DNA of 64,000 nucleotides from Patescibacteria group bacterium (GTDB lineage Bacteria > Patescibacteriota > Patescibacteriia > JACRDY01): the NCBI GenBank assembly GCA_041653535.1, contig JBAZFH010000002.1:80160-144159 (forward strand), read 5' to 3'. Position numbers and translations under genes: made by a program. The notes below the pieces were generated by a model. That model searched no databases, was not told the origin of the DNA, and saw only the letters and a list, made by a program, of their open reading frames with translations. Shown one piece after another: positions 38,737 through 48,315 of this stretch. Each line of letters opens with the position of its first letter. Positions within the stretch are counted from its first letter, which is position 1.

Positions 38737-39687
38737 CTAACTCATTATTTTCGCTAGCAACAAATCAAAAAGCACCACACTGTCGGCATAGCTGGTTTTT
38801 ATTTTTATATCCGTTTCCAGTAAAAGAGAGTAAATATTTTTTAGTTTATCCAGGGAAAAATTTCTGATTTGTGCCAAAGCTTTTTGTGCGACAAAAGGGT
38901 GAATTTTTAGTTGCGAAGCGATTTGTTGTTTGTTTGTCGATCCCAAATCTTTAATAAGCAGCAGAATACGAAATTGACGAATCAACATTGAAAGTAAATA
39001 AAGCTCATTGGCGCCGGAGTTTAGTTGATCATCGAGTAGTTTGTGAGCAAGACGGTGGTTTTTATTTGCTATGGCATCAATAAAGTTAAAAATATTATCA
39101 TCAAACTTGCTTTTAACTAAGGTAACAACGTCATCAGCTTCGATGGTTTTTTTGTTTTTGAAAGCGATCAATTTGTCTATTTCCGAGTTAACCGTCCACA
39201 AGTCGTTACCTACCATCTCGGAAAGTTTGACGATTGCTTCTGAGGAAATAGCACCGCCACGGCGTTTGGTTTCCAGATGAATCCAGTTGCGGAGATCGCT
39301 GTCACGCAGCGGATCAAAGCGCTGAGCGTATTTTTCTTTGTTTAGTCTTTTGAAAAGCACGGTGCGTTCGTCCGGTTCACCTGGTTCCCAAAAAACAATG
39401 ATATTGTCTTTGGTTAAATTTTCTTTTTCTAGTACTTCGATTACTTGCCGACCGACTTCCTTATTTTTATTTTGACCAAGCAGACCGCTAACTACGATCA
39501 TGCGTTTGCGCGCTAAAAAAGGCGGCGTGGCAATAGCCGAATTAAACTCCTCAACTTTCATTTTGGCGCCATCGATAAAAGTCAGGTTGAGAGATGACTC
39601 GTCAACGTCTTTGAGGAATTTTTCCTTTAGCTCGGTTAATTTGTGATGGCTGCGATAAGTATCGGGACCATATAGGAAGAAGATCAT
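38737..39687 (-). CDS. holA: DNA polymerase III delta subunit
   Basis: MIFFLYGPDTY start, length and helical C-terminus; upstream of polA. Confidence 0.7.
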   Translation of the reverse strand: MIFFLYGPDTYRSHHKLTELKEKFLKDVDESSLNLTFIDGAKMKVEEFNSAIATPPFLARKRMIVVSGLLGQNKNKEVGRQVIEVLEKENLTKDNIIVFWEPGEPDERTVLFKRLNKEKYAQRFDPLRDSDLRNWIHLETKRRGGAISSEAIVKLSEMVGNDLWTVNSEIDKLIAFKNKKTIEADDVVTLVKSKFDDNIFNFIDAIANKNHRLAHKLLDDQLNSGANELYLLSMLIRQFRILLLIKDLGSTNKQQIASQLKIHPFVAQKALAQIRNFSLDKLKNIYSLLLETDIKIKTSYADSVVLFDLLLAKIMS

Positions 39688-39690
39688 AAA

Positions 39691-39730
39691 ATTGGTAGTT
39701 GGTAGATGGTAGCTAGGGACTAGATTAGTC
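39691..39730. repeat. low-complexity GGTAG tract abutting the holA start codon
   Basis: aattggtagttggtagatggtagctagggactagattag. Confidence 0.5.
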
Positions 39731-39828
39731 TAGCCCAAATAGTAGGGGAAGGCAATTTATCCTAAGAGTCGTTCCGGGTTTTTTGTGATCAAAAAGGACG
39801 ATCAGAATAGTCGCCCTTCCTCTATACT

Positions 39829-42591
39829 CTATGCTATTCTTTCCGTTTCTCCCCAGTTATCACCAACTTCCACATCAACCACTATTGGCACGCGAAGCTT
39901 GTAAACATTTTCCATAGTGTCGCGCACCAGCTTGGCGACTTTTTTTACCAGCACGTCTTTGACTTCAAAAACCAACTCGTCGTGAACCTGTAAAACCATT
40001 TTTACTTCATTTGGCGCAAATTCTTTTTTGATTACCTTATCAATTTCAATCATGGCAAGTTTGATCAGGTCAGCAGCGGTTCCTTGAATCGGTGCGTTGA
40101 TTGCCATACGCTCTGCCGCGGCGCGAATTTGTCCAACGCCGGAATTGATGTCTGGAATATAGCGAACGCGACCAAACAGCGTTTCGACATAGCCTTCTGC
40201 TTTAGCGAGGCGAATAGTCTCTTCTAGATACTCTTTGACTCCGGAAAAGCTTTCAAAATATTTTTCGATAAATTTCCGCGCTTCATCAACAGAAATCTTG
40301 GTTCGCCAGGACAGACCGTAAGCGCCCATGCCGTAGAGAATGCCAAAGTTAACAGCTTTAGCATTGCGGCGCATTTCTTTAGTTACTTTTTCCAGCGGCA
40401 CATCATTAATCGCCGCCGCGGTTGCTTGGTGGATGTCCTTTCCTTCTTCAAAAATTTTCAACATCTTTTTATCTTTAGCCAGTGACGCCACGATGCGCAG
40501 TTCGATTTGCGAGTAATCAGCTTTGAGTATTTTATAGCCTTCTTCTGCAATAAAAGCGCGGCGGATTTTGCTGCCGAGTTCGGTACGGATAGGAATGTTT
40601 TGTAGATTGGGGTCAGATGAAGAAAGGCGACCGGTAGCAGTCACGGTTTGATTGAAACTAGTATGAACGCGGCCGGTTTTTTTGCTGATCAGTTCGGGAA
40701 GAGCGCGGGTATAAGTGGATTGCAATTTGGCTAGCTCACGGTGATCAGAGATATAGTCAATAATTTTGTGGCGACCGCTCAGTTTTTCCAGCTCCGGCGC
40801 GGCGGTAGAAATACCGGTTTTGATTTTCTTTATGCCTTCGCTGGAGATTTTGAGCCGGTCAAAAAGCACTTCTTTTAACTGTAGCGGCGAATCGATATTA
40901 AAGCTGATGCCGGCTATTTTGTAGATTTCTTTGTCGATTTTTTGCCGGTCTTCTTCCAGTTGTTTATCGAGCTTATCGAGAAATTTTTTGTCGATTTTTA
41001 CGCCAGTGGTTTCCATTTTGGCTAAAATTGGTATCAACGGCATTTCGATTTTTTCCATCAGACCAAGAATGTTTTTTTTCTCTACTTCGGAATACAATTT
41101 TTCAAAAAGTTGAAAAGTGTAGTCGGCATCTTCCGAGCAATAGTCGGCCACGCGGTTAACATCGACTTGTTCCAGGGTGATTTGTCCTTTGCCCTTGGGA
41201 CCAATCAGCGCAGTGATGGGAGTCATCTGATAACCGATTTCGGTAAAGGCTAAAGTATCCAGGTCGTGAGCGCGACTACCGGGATTTAGCAGGTACGAAG
41301 CAATCATAGTATCAAAATAAACCCCGCCAACTTCGAAGCCGGCTTGTTTTAAAATCTCGATGTCATATTTTAGGTTATGACCAATCTTTTTCACCTTGTT
41401 GTCTTCAAGTACGGCGCGCAGCTCGCGGCTCGCAGCTCGCGGCTGCTCGTTAAAAACTAGATAATAAGCCTCGCCTGATTTCCAGCAAAAGCCGATGCCT
41501 AAGAGTTTTGCGGTTATCGTGTCTAGACTAGTAGTTTCGGTATCAATAGCGATAGTATCTTGTTTTTTTAGTTCTTTGATAAAGCTTTCGTAGCTTTTTT
41601 CATCGGCAACGAGGTGATAGCCTTTGCGGATTTTGAAATCGGCACTAGGAGCTGGGAGCTGGGAGCTAGGAGCTCCAAATAAATCGCCTTGTTTGGTTTC
41701 CGCCACTGCTTTGCCGCTGATGTCTGGTAGGCGAGATAAAAGAGATTTAAATCCAAGATGCTGAAAAAGATCAAAAACTTTTTTCTGGTCAGGCGGGACA
41801 ACTTTGTTCTCGTTGAGCCTAAAATCTATCGGCGCGTCGAGTACGATCGTTGCCAGATGCTTTGACATCTTGGCATCTTCCTCGTGTTCGACTAGTAAAG
41901 CGCGATAACGATCTTTGATTTTTTTATCGCCTTTTTTAGCTGCTGCCAAAACTTTTTCCAGTGTGCCAAATTCCCGCAGCAATTCAACAGCGGTTTTTTC
42001 GCCGATACCTTTGACCCCGGGAATATTGTCCGAAGCATCGCCGCGAAGCCCTTTGTAGTCAATCATTTGGTATGGTTTCAGACCGTAGCGTTCTTTTACC
42101 GCAGCAGCGTCATAAATCACAGTATCGTTAACTCCGCGTTTGAGAGTAAAAACTTCCGTGTCGTCGTCGATTAGCTGCAGTGTGTCCATATCGCCGGTGA
42201 CGATAATGCTTTTGACCTTACCTTCGGTTTTATGACAAATGGTGCCGATCAGGTCGTCAGCTTCAAAACCATCAAGTTCATAAAGCGGAATATTGAAAGC
42301 TTTGGCTAAATTTTTGACGATTGGGATCTGGGCGTAGAGCTCGTCTGGTTGTTTGGTGCGCGTTGCTTTGTACTCTTTATATTCTTCGTGACGAAAAGTC
42401 TTTTTGGCTTTATCTAAGGTTAAGGCAATATAGTCTGGTTTTAGCTCTTTGTAGATTTTAAATAATATCAAAGCAAAGCCATAAACGGCGTTTACTAGTT
42501 GGCCGTCTTTGCTGGTGAGTGGTGGCAAAGCGTGAAATGCCCGGTGGATCAGGGCGTTACCATCGATGACAATTAGTTTTTCTTGTTTCAT
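39829..42591 (-). CDS. polA: DNA polymerase I
   Basis: 5'-3' exonuclease, 3'-5' exonuclease and polymerase domains (KLKSTYTDAL-like region, RRxAKAVNFGILYG, QVHDELVFE). Confidence 0.97.
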   Translation of the reverse strand: MKQEKLIVIDGNALIHRAFHALPPLTSKDGQLVNAVYGFALILFKIYKELKPDYIALTLDKAKKTFRHEEYKEYKATRTKQPDELYAQIPIVKNLAKAFNIPLYELDGFEADDLIGTICHKTEGKVKSIIVTGDMDTLQLIDDDTEVFTLKRGVNDTVIYDAAAVKERYGLKPYQMIDYKGLRGDASDNIPGVKGIGEKTAVELLREFGTLEKVLAAAKKGDKKIKDRYRALLVEHEEDAKMSKHLATIVLDAPIDFRLNENKVVPPDQKKVFDLFQHLGFKSLLSRLPDISGKAVAETKQGDLFGAPSSQLPAPSADFKIRKGYHLVADEKSYESFIKELKKQDTIAIDTETTSLDTITAKLLGIGFCWKSGEAYYLVFNEQPRAASRELRAVLEDNKVKKIGHNLKYDIEILKQAGFEVGGVYFDTMIASYLLNPGSRAHDLDTLAFTEIGYQMTPITALIGPKGKGQITLEQVDVNRVADYCSEDADYTFQLFEKLYSEVEKKNILGLMEKIEMPLIPILAKMETTGVKIDKKFLDKLDKQLEEDRQKIDKEIYKIAGISFNIDSPLQLKEVLFDRLKISSEGIKKIKTGISTAAPELEKLSGRHKIIDYISDHRELAKLQSTYTRALPELISKKTGRVHTSFNQTVTATGRLSSSDPNLQNIPIRTELGSKIRRAFIAEEGYKILKADYSQIELRIVASLAKDKKMLKIFEEGKDIHQATAAAINDVPLEKVTKEMRRNAKAVNFGILYGMGAYGLSWRTKISVDEARKFIEKYFESFSGVKEYLEETIRLAKAEGYVETLFGRVRYIPDINSGVGQIRAAAERMAINAPIQGTAADLIKLAMIEIDKVIKKEFAPNEVKMVLQVHDELVFEVKDVLVKKVAKLVRDTMENVYKLRVPIVVDVEVGDNWGETERIA

Positions 42592-42597
42592 AAATAT

Positions 42598-42636
42598 GAT
42601 GGTAGGAGGCTAGGATAATAGGAGGCTAGGATTAGT
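42598..42636. repeat. low-complexity GGTAGGAGGCTAGG tract abutting the polA start codon
   Basis: ggtaggaggctaggataataggaggctaggattag. Confidence 0.5.
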
Positions 42637-42712
42637 TGTTGGAACGACACGCCCTCTGGGCGTGTTATCGTGCACGATGCTTTAAACGTAAGGCATGAAA
42701 TATGTAACATGA

Positions 42713-42763
42713 AACAATCTTAAATAAACTTTCGTTTCGTGTTTCATGTTATGTGTCTTATTT
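42713..42763. promoter_or_regulatory. 12-bp perfect inverted repeat (TAACATGAAACA ... TGTTTCATGTTA) upstream of polA; related to the TGTTTCACGTGAAACA palindrome
   Basis: taacatgaaaca at 42713-42724 and tgtttcatgtta at 42752-42763. Confidence 0.35.
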
Positions 42764-42832
42764 TACCATTTATTGCTGAATAAAAAAACCGTTAGAAAAC
42801 TGACGGTTTTTGGGAGACCATGACCGGATTTT

Positions 42833-42882
42833 CTCCCTTCGGGAGATGTCCCCTCCAGAGGCGGGCAAGCCGCAGGGACAGA
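42833..42882 (+). repeat. ~50-nt structured direct repeat, copy A (flanks tRNA-Cys)
   Basis: tctcccttcgggagatgtcccctccagaggcgggcaagccgcagggaca; the copy at 43019-43068 is identical. Confidence 0.6.
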
Positions 42883-42915
42883 ACCGGTGAGGTCTTAAAC
42901 TAGACGGGGTGAAAA

Positions 42916-42986
42916 AGGCCTGGACCGGATTTGAACCGGTGATAAGGGTTTTGCAGACCCTTGCCTTACCACTTGGCGACCAGGCC
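42916..42986 (-). tRNA. tRNA-Cys(GCA)
   Basis: ggcctggtcgccaagtggtaaggcaagggtctGCAaaaccc...ggtccaggcct; discriminator U. Confidence 0.8.
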
Positions 42987-43018
42987 ATAAAAGAAACAAA
43001 CGGTAAATTGTTAATGTT

Positions 43019-43068
43019 TTGTCTCCCTTCGGGAGATGTCCCCTCCAGAGGCGGGCAAGCCGCAGGGA
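43019..43068 (+). repeat. ~50-nt structured direct repeat, copy B
   Basis: identical to 42833-42882. Confidence 0.6.
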
Positions 43069-43176
43069 CACAGACCCTTGCCTTATCCGCCGCGGCGGAC
43101 GACGTGACCGAACAAAAACAGTTTAACAAAAATATATTTAAAAATCAATGTTTTTCTAAAATATTTTGTATAAAGA

Positions 43177-43214
43177 AAAAACCGAGCTAAGTGTGACACT
43201 TGCTCGGTTTTTTA
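43177..43214. terminator. bidirectional hairpin terminator
   Basis: aaaaaaccgagctaagtgtgacacttgctcggtttttt. Confidence 0.55.
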
Positions 43215-43232
43215 AAATGGTTGATTAGGGCT

Positions 43233-44702
43233 TTAACGACTTCCGTCGACCAGCCCTTTTTTTAGTATCGACCCAGCCCTATTGATCAGGCCGGGAGCGA
43301 TACACTGGGAAAACATTCTGAACGACTCACCGCGTTGGCGGTGGTCGAAAAATCGACGAAAAAGCTGGGTTGTCCCTCCTTCGGTGAGTATCGTCGGAAG
43401 GACGAATCGTTCGCCGTTTTTTTCGACGAGGATCATCCAATCTTCCTCGCCGTATAATTGTTGGACATTGAAACCGATTGGTTCCAGGGCGGTTTTGACC
43501 GCGGTCAAAACTTGTTGGTAATTCCAACCGGCGAGACTTCCGGCGCGCGTCATAATTTCTTTTTCCAAATCATCGATATTGATTTGGTTATCCGATGCCG
43601 GATGATTGGAATCGGATGATGAATTATGGGGGTAGCTGTTGTAGCCGTAATCGCCGGGATTCTGGACGGCATCGAAATTAATGAACCCGCCGCCCTTTTT
43701 TTGCTTTACGCCATTATTTTTGTTGTTCTTAGTCTTCGCAACAAAAATAGCGACTAAGGTTACGATCACTCCGCCCAAGAAAAGAGCGAAGTAGATCAGT
43801 GGGGAGTCTTTTTTTGGATTGACGATCGAATCTATTGCCGCTTGGCAAGCGGCAATTTTAGACTCGCGATCGGCTTTTCGGGCTTTCCATGCCTCAAACT
43901 GACCGCTATATTTTTCGTTTTCCGTCGTCACCGCTTCCGGGACGATATAGGAGATAGAAAATTCCTCTACGTCTTCCAACGCGGTGAAGACAAAGTTAAT
44001 GCCTTCCGGATCGGAAGGTAGTTTTGGCTTAATCGGTTGATCTTGCGCTTTTGCGCGGATCACGCCGGTGCAGCCGACCTCGCCATTTGCCGTGATCTCC
44101 ATTTTTCCGGTGCAAACCCTCCCGGTTGCACTGTAGGAGATATTCTTCATTTCCGGCAGTTGCCAGAAATTGTAAACTTCGCCCCTTTGCATACTGACGG
44201 TTTCGGTTTCCTTGGAAACAGGCTTGTACCCCGTCAGCAGCTTTTGTGGCTCAGGATCGTTCACCTGAGCGATTGTCAAAGCCTCGATTTTTCTTTGTAC
44301 CTCTTCGATTTTGTCGACGGCGTGGTGAACCCGTCGGAGAAACATCTCGTCCGCCACGTTCGGCGCACAAGATTTTAGAATACCGCTTCCAAGGAGGAGC
44401 AGCGCCATCAAGATGGCAAAACCGCTCCACTTGCCTGTTTTCAACGATCCTCGGACAGCGAGTCCGATGATGACGACCGCGACAACCGGGACGAGGTTCG
44501 TCCAGGTCAGCCAGCCGACCATGAACGGTACGGCAATCAGGGCGACGGTCGCCATGATGGCGATCATTTTCCAATTTTCTTTCAGTTGCTCGACCAGCTT
44601 ATCCAAGCCGGTGTTACCTTCGGCGGTATAGCCGAGGTTGTTGCTCTTTTCATCAATCGGCGGCTTGGTCGGCCGCGGAGCTGGTTTTTGTGACATTGTC
44701 AT
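43233..44702 (-). CDS. GC-rich multi-pass membrane protein, unknown function
   Basis: 489-aa ORF with several TM helices; GC about 50%; downstream partner of the SPFH gene. Confidence 0.5.
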   Translation of the reverse strand: MTMSQKPAPRPTKPPIDEKSNNLGYTAEGNTGLDKLVEQLKENWKMIAIMATVALIAVPFMVGWLTWTNLVPVVAVVIIGLAVRGSLKTGKWSGFAILMALLLLGSGILKSCAPNVADEMFLRRVHHAVDKIEEVQRKIEALTIAQVNDPEPQKLLTGYKPVSKETETVSMQRGEVYNFWQLPEMKNISYSATGRVCTGKMEITANGEVGCTGVIRAKAQDQPIKPKLPSDPEGINFVFTALEDVEEFSISYIVPEAVTTENEKYSGQFEAWKARKADRESKIAACQAAIDSIVNPKKDSPLIYFALFLGGVIVTLVAIFVAKTKNNKNNGVKQKKGGGFINFDAVQNPGDYGYNSYPHNSSSDSNHPASDNQINIDDLEKEIMTRAGSLAGWNYQQVLTAVKTALEPIGFNVQQLYGEEDWMILVEKNGERFVLPTILTEGGTTQLFRRFFDHRQRGESFRMFSQCIAPGLINRAGSILKKGLVDGSR

Positions 44703-44718
44703 TGTTCACTCCTTCCTG

Positions 44719-45903
44719 TTAAGAAGACTTGTCAGGAGACTTCCCACTTTTTTTGCCGCCGCTGTTTACCGAAAGTTCGGCGCCAAAACCCTTGAAGTTG
44801 ACATCACCGAGCAGTAACGCCAGGGCGAGTGCCTGCGGGTAGGTGATATTTTGGATCGACCTTACGTACTGCTCCAAAACTTCTTTGTCGCGGAGCATGG
44901 CTTCTTGTTCGTCGATCGCCTTCTGAATGGCGGGCGACGCCTTCACATTTTGGATCACCACTGAAGTAGCTTTGATGCCAAAACGATCCAGCCCTTCGAC
45001 GCTGGGAAGCGCTACCCACTCCCAGGAATATTCACTCTGCGGTTCGACATCAACCTCTCCTGTGGAGGTCTGCATTGTTTTCAGCGCGTAATAACCTCCC
45101 CAGTTGATGATCTCCATTAGCTGACGCGAGAATTCTTTTTTTTCTTCTCGGGTCAGATGCATGGCGGCGTTGAGCGCCAAATCACCGAAAATGAAATTGA
45201 TTGCCGCTTCCACCTTTTGCTGGATGATTTCTTGAAATTCATCCTTGGAGAGCTCTGTGAGAAACGACACGGCGCTGTCTTTAACAATAGCCGGGTCTTC
45301 TCCGTCACGGTTGATCTCAAACGTGGTGGAGAGGTTTATGAATACTGTTGGCGTACCACCAATCACGCCTCTTTCGACAGCGGCCATAATTTTATCGATC
45401 AGAGTCGGGGGAATCGTATCGCCGATATTTTTTTTCAGACCTTCGGTGATCTCGGCGAGGTTCGGCAAAGCCGTGTTTGTTTCAAACGCCGGAACGTCAA
45501 CCGGCAACTTACGCAGGTTGACTGTTCCAATGTGCATGTCGTGCCATTTCAGGACGACAAGACTTGTCTTCGGTCCGAGGATAAAACGAAGACCTCGTCT
45601 TTTTCCTCTTTCGAGGACCGTTCCGCTTAGTGCCTTTCCCAGCACCACTAAATGATTATCTTTGACTTGGCAAATCAGGGGGATTGGCCCCGTCATGCCG
45701 GCTTCCCAGATGCCGAAGAGCGGCTGACCTAAAAATGTCGTAGACAGGGCGTTTAGCCAGCTCACGATTTTTCTGTAGATAGATTGGAACATTACGTTCC
45801 TCCTTTCGAAGAGAAGAGTAGAAGTAATCTTGTTTCCGTCTTGCTCGTAGCAAAACGGGGTTATTTCCGTTGTTTTGTTCTTATATAGACACTGAATTTT
45901 CAA
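44719..45903 (-). CDS. SPFH/band-7 (flotillin/stomatin-like) domain protein, GC-rich
   Basis: SPFH-like beta/alpha core (LVVLKWHDMHIGTVNLRKLPVDV...) followed by coiled coil. Confidence 0.5.
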   Translation of the reverse strand: MKIQCLYKNKTTEITPFCYEQDGNKITSTLLFERRNVMFQSIYRKIVSWLNALSTTFLGQPLFGIWEAGMTGPIPLICQVKDNHLVVLGKALSGTVLERGKRRGLRFILGPKTSLVVLKWHDMHIGTVNLRKLPVDVPAFETNTALPNLAEITEGLKKNIGDTIPPTLIDKIMAAVERGVIGGTPTVFINLSTTFEINRDGEDPAIVKDSAVSFLTELSKDEFQEIIQQKVEAAINFIFGDLALNAAMHLTREEKKEFSRQLMEIINWGGYYALKTMQTSTGEVDVEPQSEYSWEWVALPSVEGLDRFGIKATSVVIQNVKASPAIQKAIDEQEAMLRDKEVLEQYVRSIQNITYPQALALALLLGDVNFKGFGAELSVNSGGKKSGKSPDKSS

Positions 45904-46018
45904 TGTTCAGAATATATAATCATAGCATATTTGGTATTTTTTGTCAACAGAAAGAAGGTGTATTTTTTGTAATTAAAAAATGGCTAGAAATAGCCATTTT
46001 ATTAAGTTTTTATTGATT

Positions 46019-46498
46019 TTAGATAGAGCCGATCATTCTTAAGAAAAAGGTAAGTAAGGCATAACTGGAAAAAACAACCAAAATACCGACTATTGACCAC
46101 ATCATAATATCACGACCTCTTTTAACTTTTTCTTCGTTTCCGCCGGAAAATATCCAGAAAAAACCGCCGATCACGAACATTAGAAAGGCAAGTCCGCCAA
46201 TAGGGATGATGGCGGCGCGAGCAACGCGAGCGGCTATTTCAGCAATATTCACCGAATCAATATCAGCCGCGGTTAAATCTTTTTGGACTTTTATGTCATC
46301 TTCCTCGTTTGGATTTAGCGGGTTGGGAATTTTAATTCTATCGCCAAAACCAGTTTGTTGTTCAGAATTACTTTCTTCAGAATTACTTTCTTCACTATTA
46401 TCCTGAGCAAAAACTGGTTGGGCAAAGTAATTAAAAAAATAGATAGCAATAATCAAAACGCAAATAATTGAGATAAATTTTGGTATGATTCTTTGCAT
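46019..46498 (-). CDS. small secreted/membrane protein, TrbC/VirB2-pilin-like topology
   Basis: signal peptide, SNSEE repeats, two C-terminal hydrophobic helices. Confidence 0.35.
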   Translation of the reverse strand: MQRIIPKFISIICVLIIAIYFFNYFAQPVFAQDNSEESNSEESNSEQQTGFGDRIKIPNPLNPNEEDDIKVQKDLTAADIDSVNIAEIAARVARAAIIPIGGLAFLMFVIGGFFWIFSGGNEEKVKRGRDIMMWSIVGILVVFSSYALLTFFLRMIGSI

Positions 46499-46560
46499 AA
46501 AAGCCTTGTTTTTATAGGTTTTTTAGCTTGCTATATTATATCACGATAAGGACAAAAAAC

Positions 46561-46596
46561 AAAAAATCCTGCGTTTTTGCAGGATTTTTTAAAAAA
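46561..46596. terminator. bidirectional terminator
   Basis: aaaaaatcctgcgtttttgcaggattttttaaaaaa. Confidence 0.6.
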
Positions 46597-46612
46597 GACA
46601 GTTTATTTAATC

Positions 46613-47167
46613 TTAGAGAAGTTCAACTTTTACATACTTTACGCCAAAAGCTTTGGCCGCTTCTCGGGTTTTCATCCAGATGTCCATTCTCTGGGTATAG
46701 CGGGCGTTCATTCTGTCTTGAACGGTAAAGACGCGGTCACCGAATAATTCCGGCATACGGATTTCTGAACCAAAAGGGAGAAAGTTGGCAGCAACCACGT
46801 TTTCTTGGTTGTTTTCACAAAGGTTAAAGCCATTTGCGGTAATACACGGGGTGCTGTCACATTGATCAACGGTGCTGGAATAAGCAGTAATAGTGATCCA
46901 AATGGTTTTTTTAGCTTCTTTGTCCATAGCCATAGGTAAAGACTTACTATTAAGATCAACTTTTGCTTCCGGAAAACGAAGGTCGGTTGTTGCAGTAGTT
47001 CCTTCTATTTCAGAATAGTTTTGATTTTCAAGGCTTTGAGCTAAAGTTATCTGAGGAAACATAAATTCTACCAAGAAAATAGCTAAAACCGTCATTTCCA
47101 GCCATTTACAGTTTAAATGCTTGGCTAATTTTAGGGAATTTTTTACAAGTTTCTTCAAATTATGCAT
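46613..47167 (-). CDS. 3D-domain protein (MltA/RlpA-like cell-wall-binding)
   Basis: ITAYSSTVDQCDSTPCITANG...LPFGSEIRMPE...DRMNARY 3D-domain signature; signal peptide. Confidence 0.7.
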   Translation of the reverse strand: MHNLKKLVKNSLKLAKHLNCKWLEMTVLAIFLVEFMFPQITLAQSLENQNYSEIEGTTATTDLRFPEAKVDLNSKSLPMAMDKEAKKTIWITITAYSSTVDQCDSTPCITANGFNLCENNQENVVAANFLPFGSEIRMPELFGDRVFTVQDRMNARYTQRMDIWMKTREAAKAFGVKYVKVELL

Positions 47168-47418
47168 ATTGTTGCTATTAATAGTATTATAAAAACCCGC
47201 ATCTTACGGGTTTTTGTTTTTATTAATCTAAGATTATAGCATAACTAAGTTATGCTGTCAAGAGTGTAGTAAATCTTAGCAAGCCAAACCGATTCGGTCA
47301 AGGGTTTGTTTCGGCATAAACAAGATATTGCTTTTTTCCTCTTTGTGTATTAAACTTCTAGCACCGAACGTTGATTAACTGAAAAAATTTGCTATAATTT
47401 GTTTGTTTTTAAGTGTTG

Positions 47419-47492
47419 GGGCATGTAGCTCAGATGGTTAGAGCGCGTCACTGATAATGACGAGGTCGGAGGTTCGATTCCTCCCATGCCCA
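47419..47492 (+). tRNA. tRNA-Ile(GAT)
   Basis: gggcatgtagctcagatggttagagcgcgtcactGATaatgacg...cccatgccca. Confidence 0.8.
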
Positions 47493-47496
47493 CTTT

Positions 47497-47546
47497 GCCG
47501 AGGTAGCTCAGTGGTACCTGCCTGCCGGCAGGCAGGGAGCGAAGGA
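47497..47546 (+). other. duplicated 5' portion of tRNA-Phe, split by a 20-nt GC palindrome
   Basis: gccgaggtagctcagtggta + cctgcctgccggcaggcagg + gagcgaagga; the same 30 nt are contiguous in the intact tRNA-Phe at 47796. Confidence 0.55.
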
Positions 47547-47555
47547 TAAAAAAAT

Positions 47556-47795
47556 ATGCAGTATTTTATTTATGTTATAAAAAGCAAAAAGGATGGTCGA
47601 TTGTACGTTGGAATGACATCCGATCTTGAAGAAAGGTTGTTTTATCATAATGCCGGTTATCAATTTTCGACAAAAGGATATAGGCCGTGGGAAATAGTAT
47701 ATTCAGAAAGAGCGGCTTCTAGATTGTTGGCTAGACAGCGAGAAAAATATTTCAAGAGTGGTTGCGGAAAAGAATTTTTAAAAAGTTTTATTTGA
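47556..47795 (+). CDS. GIY-YIG nuclease family protein (YhbQ/UPF0213-like)
   Basis: MQYFIYVIKSKKDGRLYVGMTSDLEERLFYHN; stop codon directly abuts tRNA-Phe. Confidence 0.85.
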   Translation: MQYFIYVIKSKKDGRLYVGMTSDLEERLFYHNAGYQFSTKGYRPWEIVYSERAASRLLARQREKYFKSGCGKEFLKSFI

Positions 47796-47870
47796 GCCGA
47801 GGTAGCTCAGTGGTAGAGCGAAGGACTGAAAATCCTTGCGTCGGCGGTTCAATCCCGCCCCTCGGCACCA
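47796..47870 (+). tRNA. tRNA-Phe(GAA), CCA encoded
   Basis: gccgaggtagctcagtggtagagcgaaggactGAAaatcc...cctcggcacca. Confidence 0.85.
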
Positions 47871-47880
47871 CTTCATTTTT

Positions 47881-48153
47881 ATGTATTACCTATATTTACT
47901 AAAAAGTAAAACTGACAATAAATGTTATATTGGTTCTACAAACGACTTAAAGAGGAGGCTGGAATAACACAATAAAGAATTAGTTGTTAGTACAAAATCG
48001 AAAAGACCATTTGAACTTTTGTATTATGAGGCTTACAAAAACGAAAAAGATGCTAGACTTAGGGAAAGCAGGCTTAAGTTGAAAAGCAGGGCATATGAAC
48101 AATTAAGGAAAAGATTAAAAAATAGTATAAAAGAAAGTGAAACTGCTGTGTAG
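47881..48153 (+). pseudogene. GIY-YIG nuclease gene interrupted by an in-frame TAA at 47965-47967
   Basis: MYYLYLLKSKTDNKCYIGSTNDLKRRLE*HNKELVV...; GIY-YIG motifs lie on both sides of the stop. Confidence 0.6.
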
Positions 48154-48226
48154 TTGGAAGGAGCGTCCGCCCTGGGCGGATGAGACCAGCGAGTTTGAGT
48201 CCATTATTGGTCAACAATTTATTTAT

Positions 48227-48300
48227 CGGGGTGTAGCTCAGTTGGCTAGAGCGCGTGCTTTGGGAGCATGAGGCCGCAGGTTCGAGTCCTGTCACCCCGA
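48227..48300 (+). tRNA. tRNA-Pro(TGG) with C1:G72
   Basis: cggggtgtagctcagttggctagagcgcgtgcttTGGgagcatg...gtcaccccga. Confidence 0.75.
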
Positions 48301-48315
48301 TTTTCAGAAATATTA

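Noticed and set aside
42770-43190. ORFs 42770-43129 (-) and 42909-43190 (+)
   Set aside because: They span tRNA-Cys and the flanking structured repeats; their GC-rich composition reflects the repeats, not coding
48255-48315. Upstream extension of ORF 48255-48575
   Set aside because: The first 60 nt lie within tRNA-Pro; start moved to 48316
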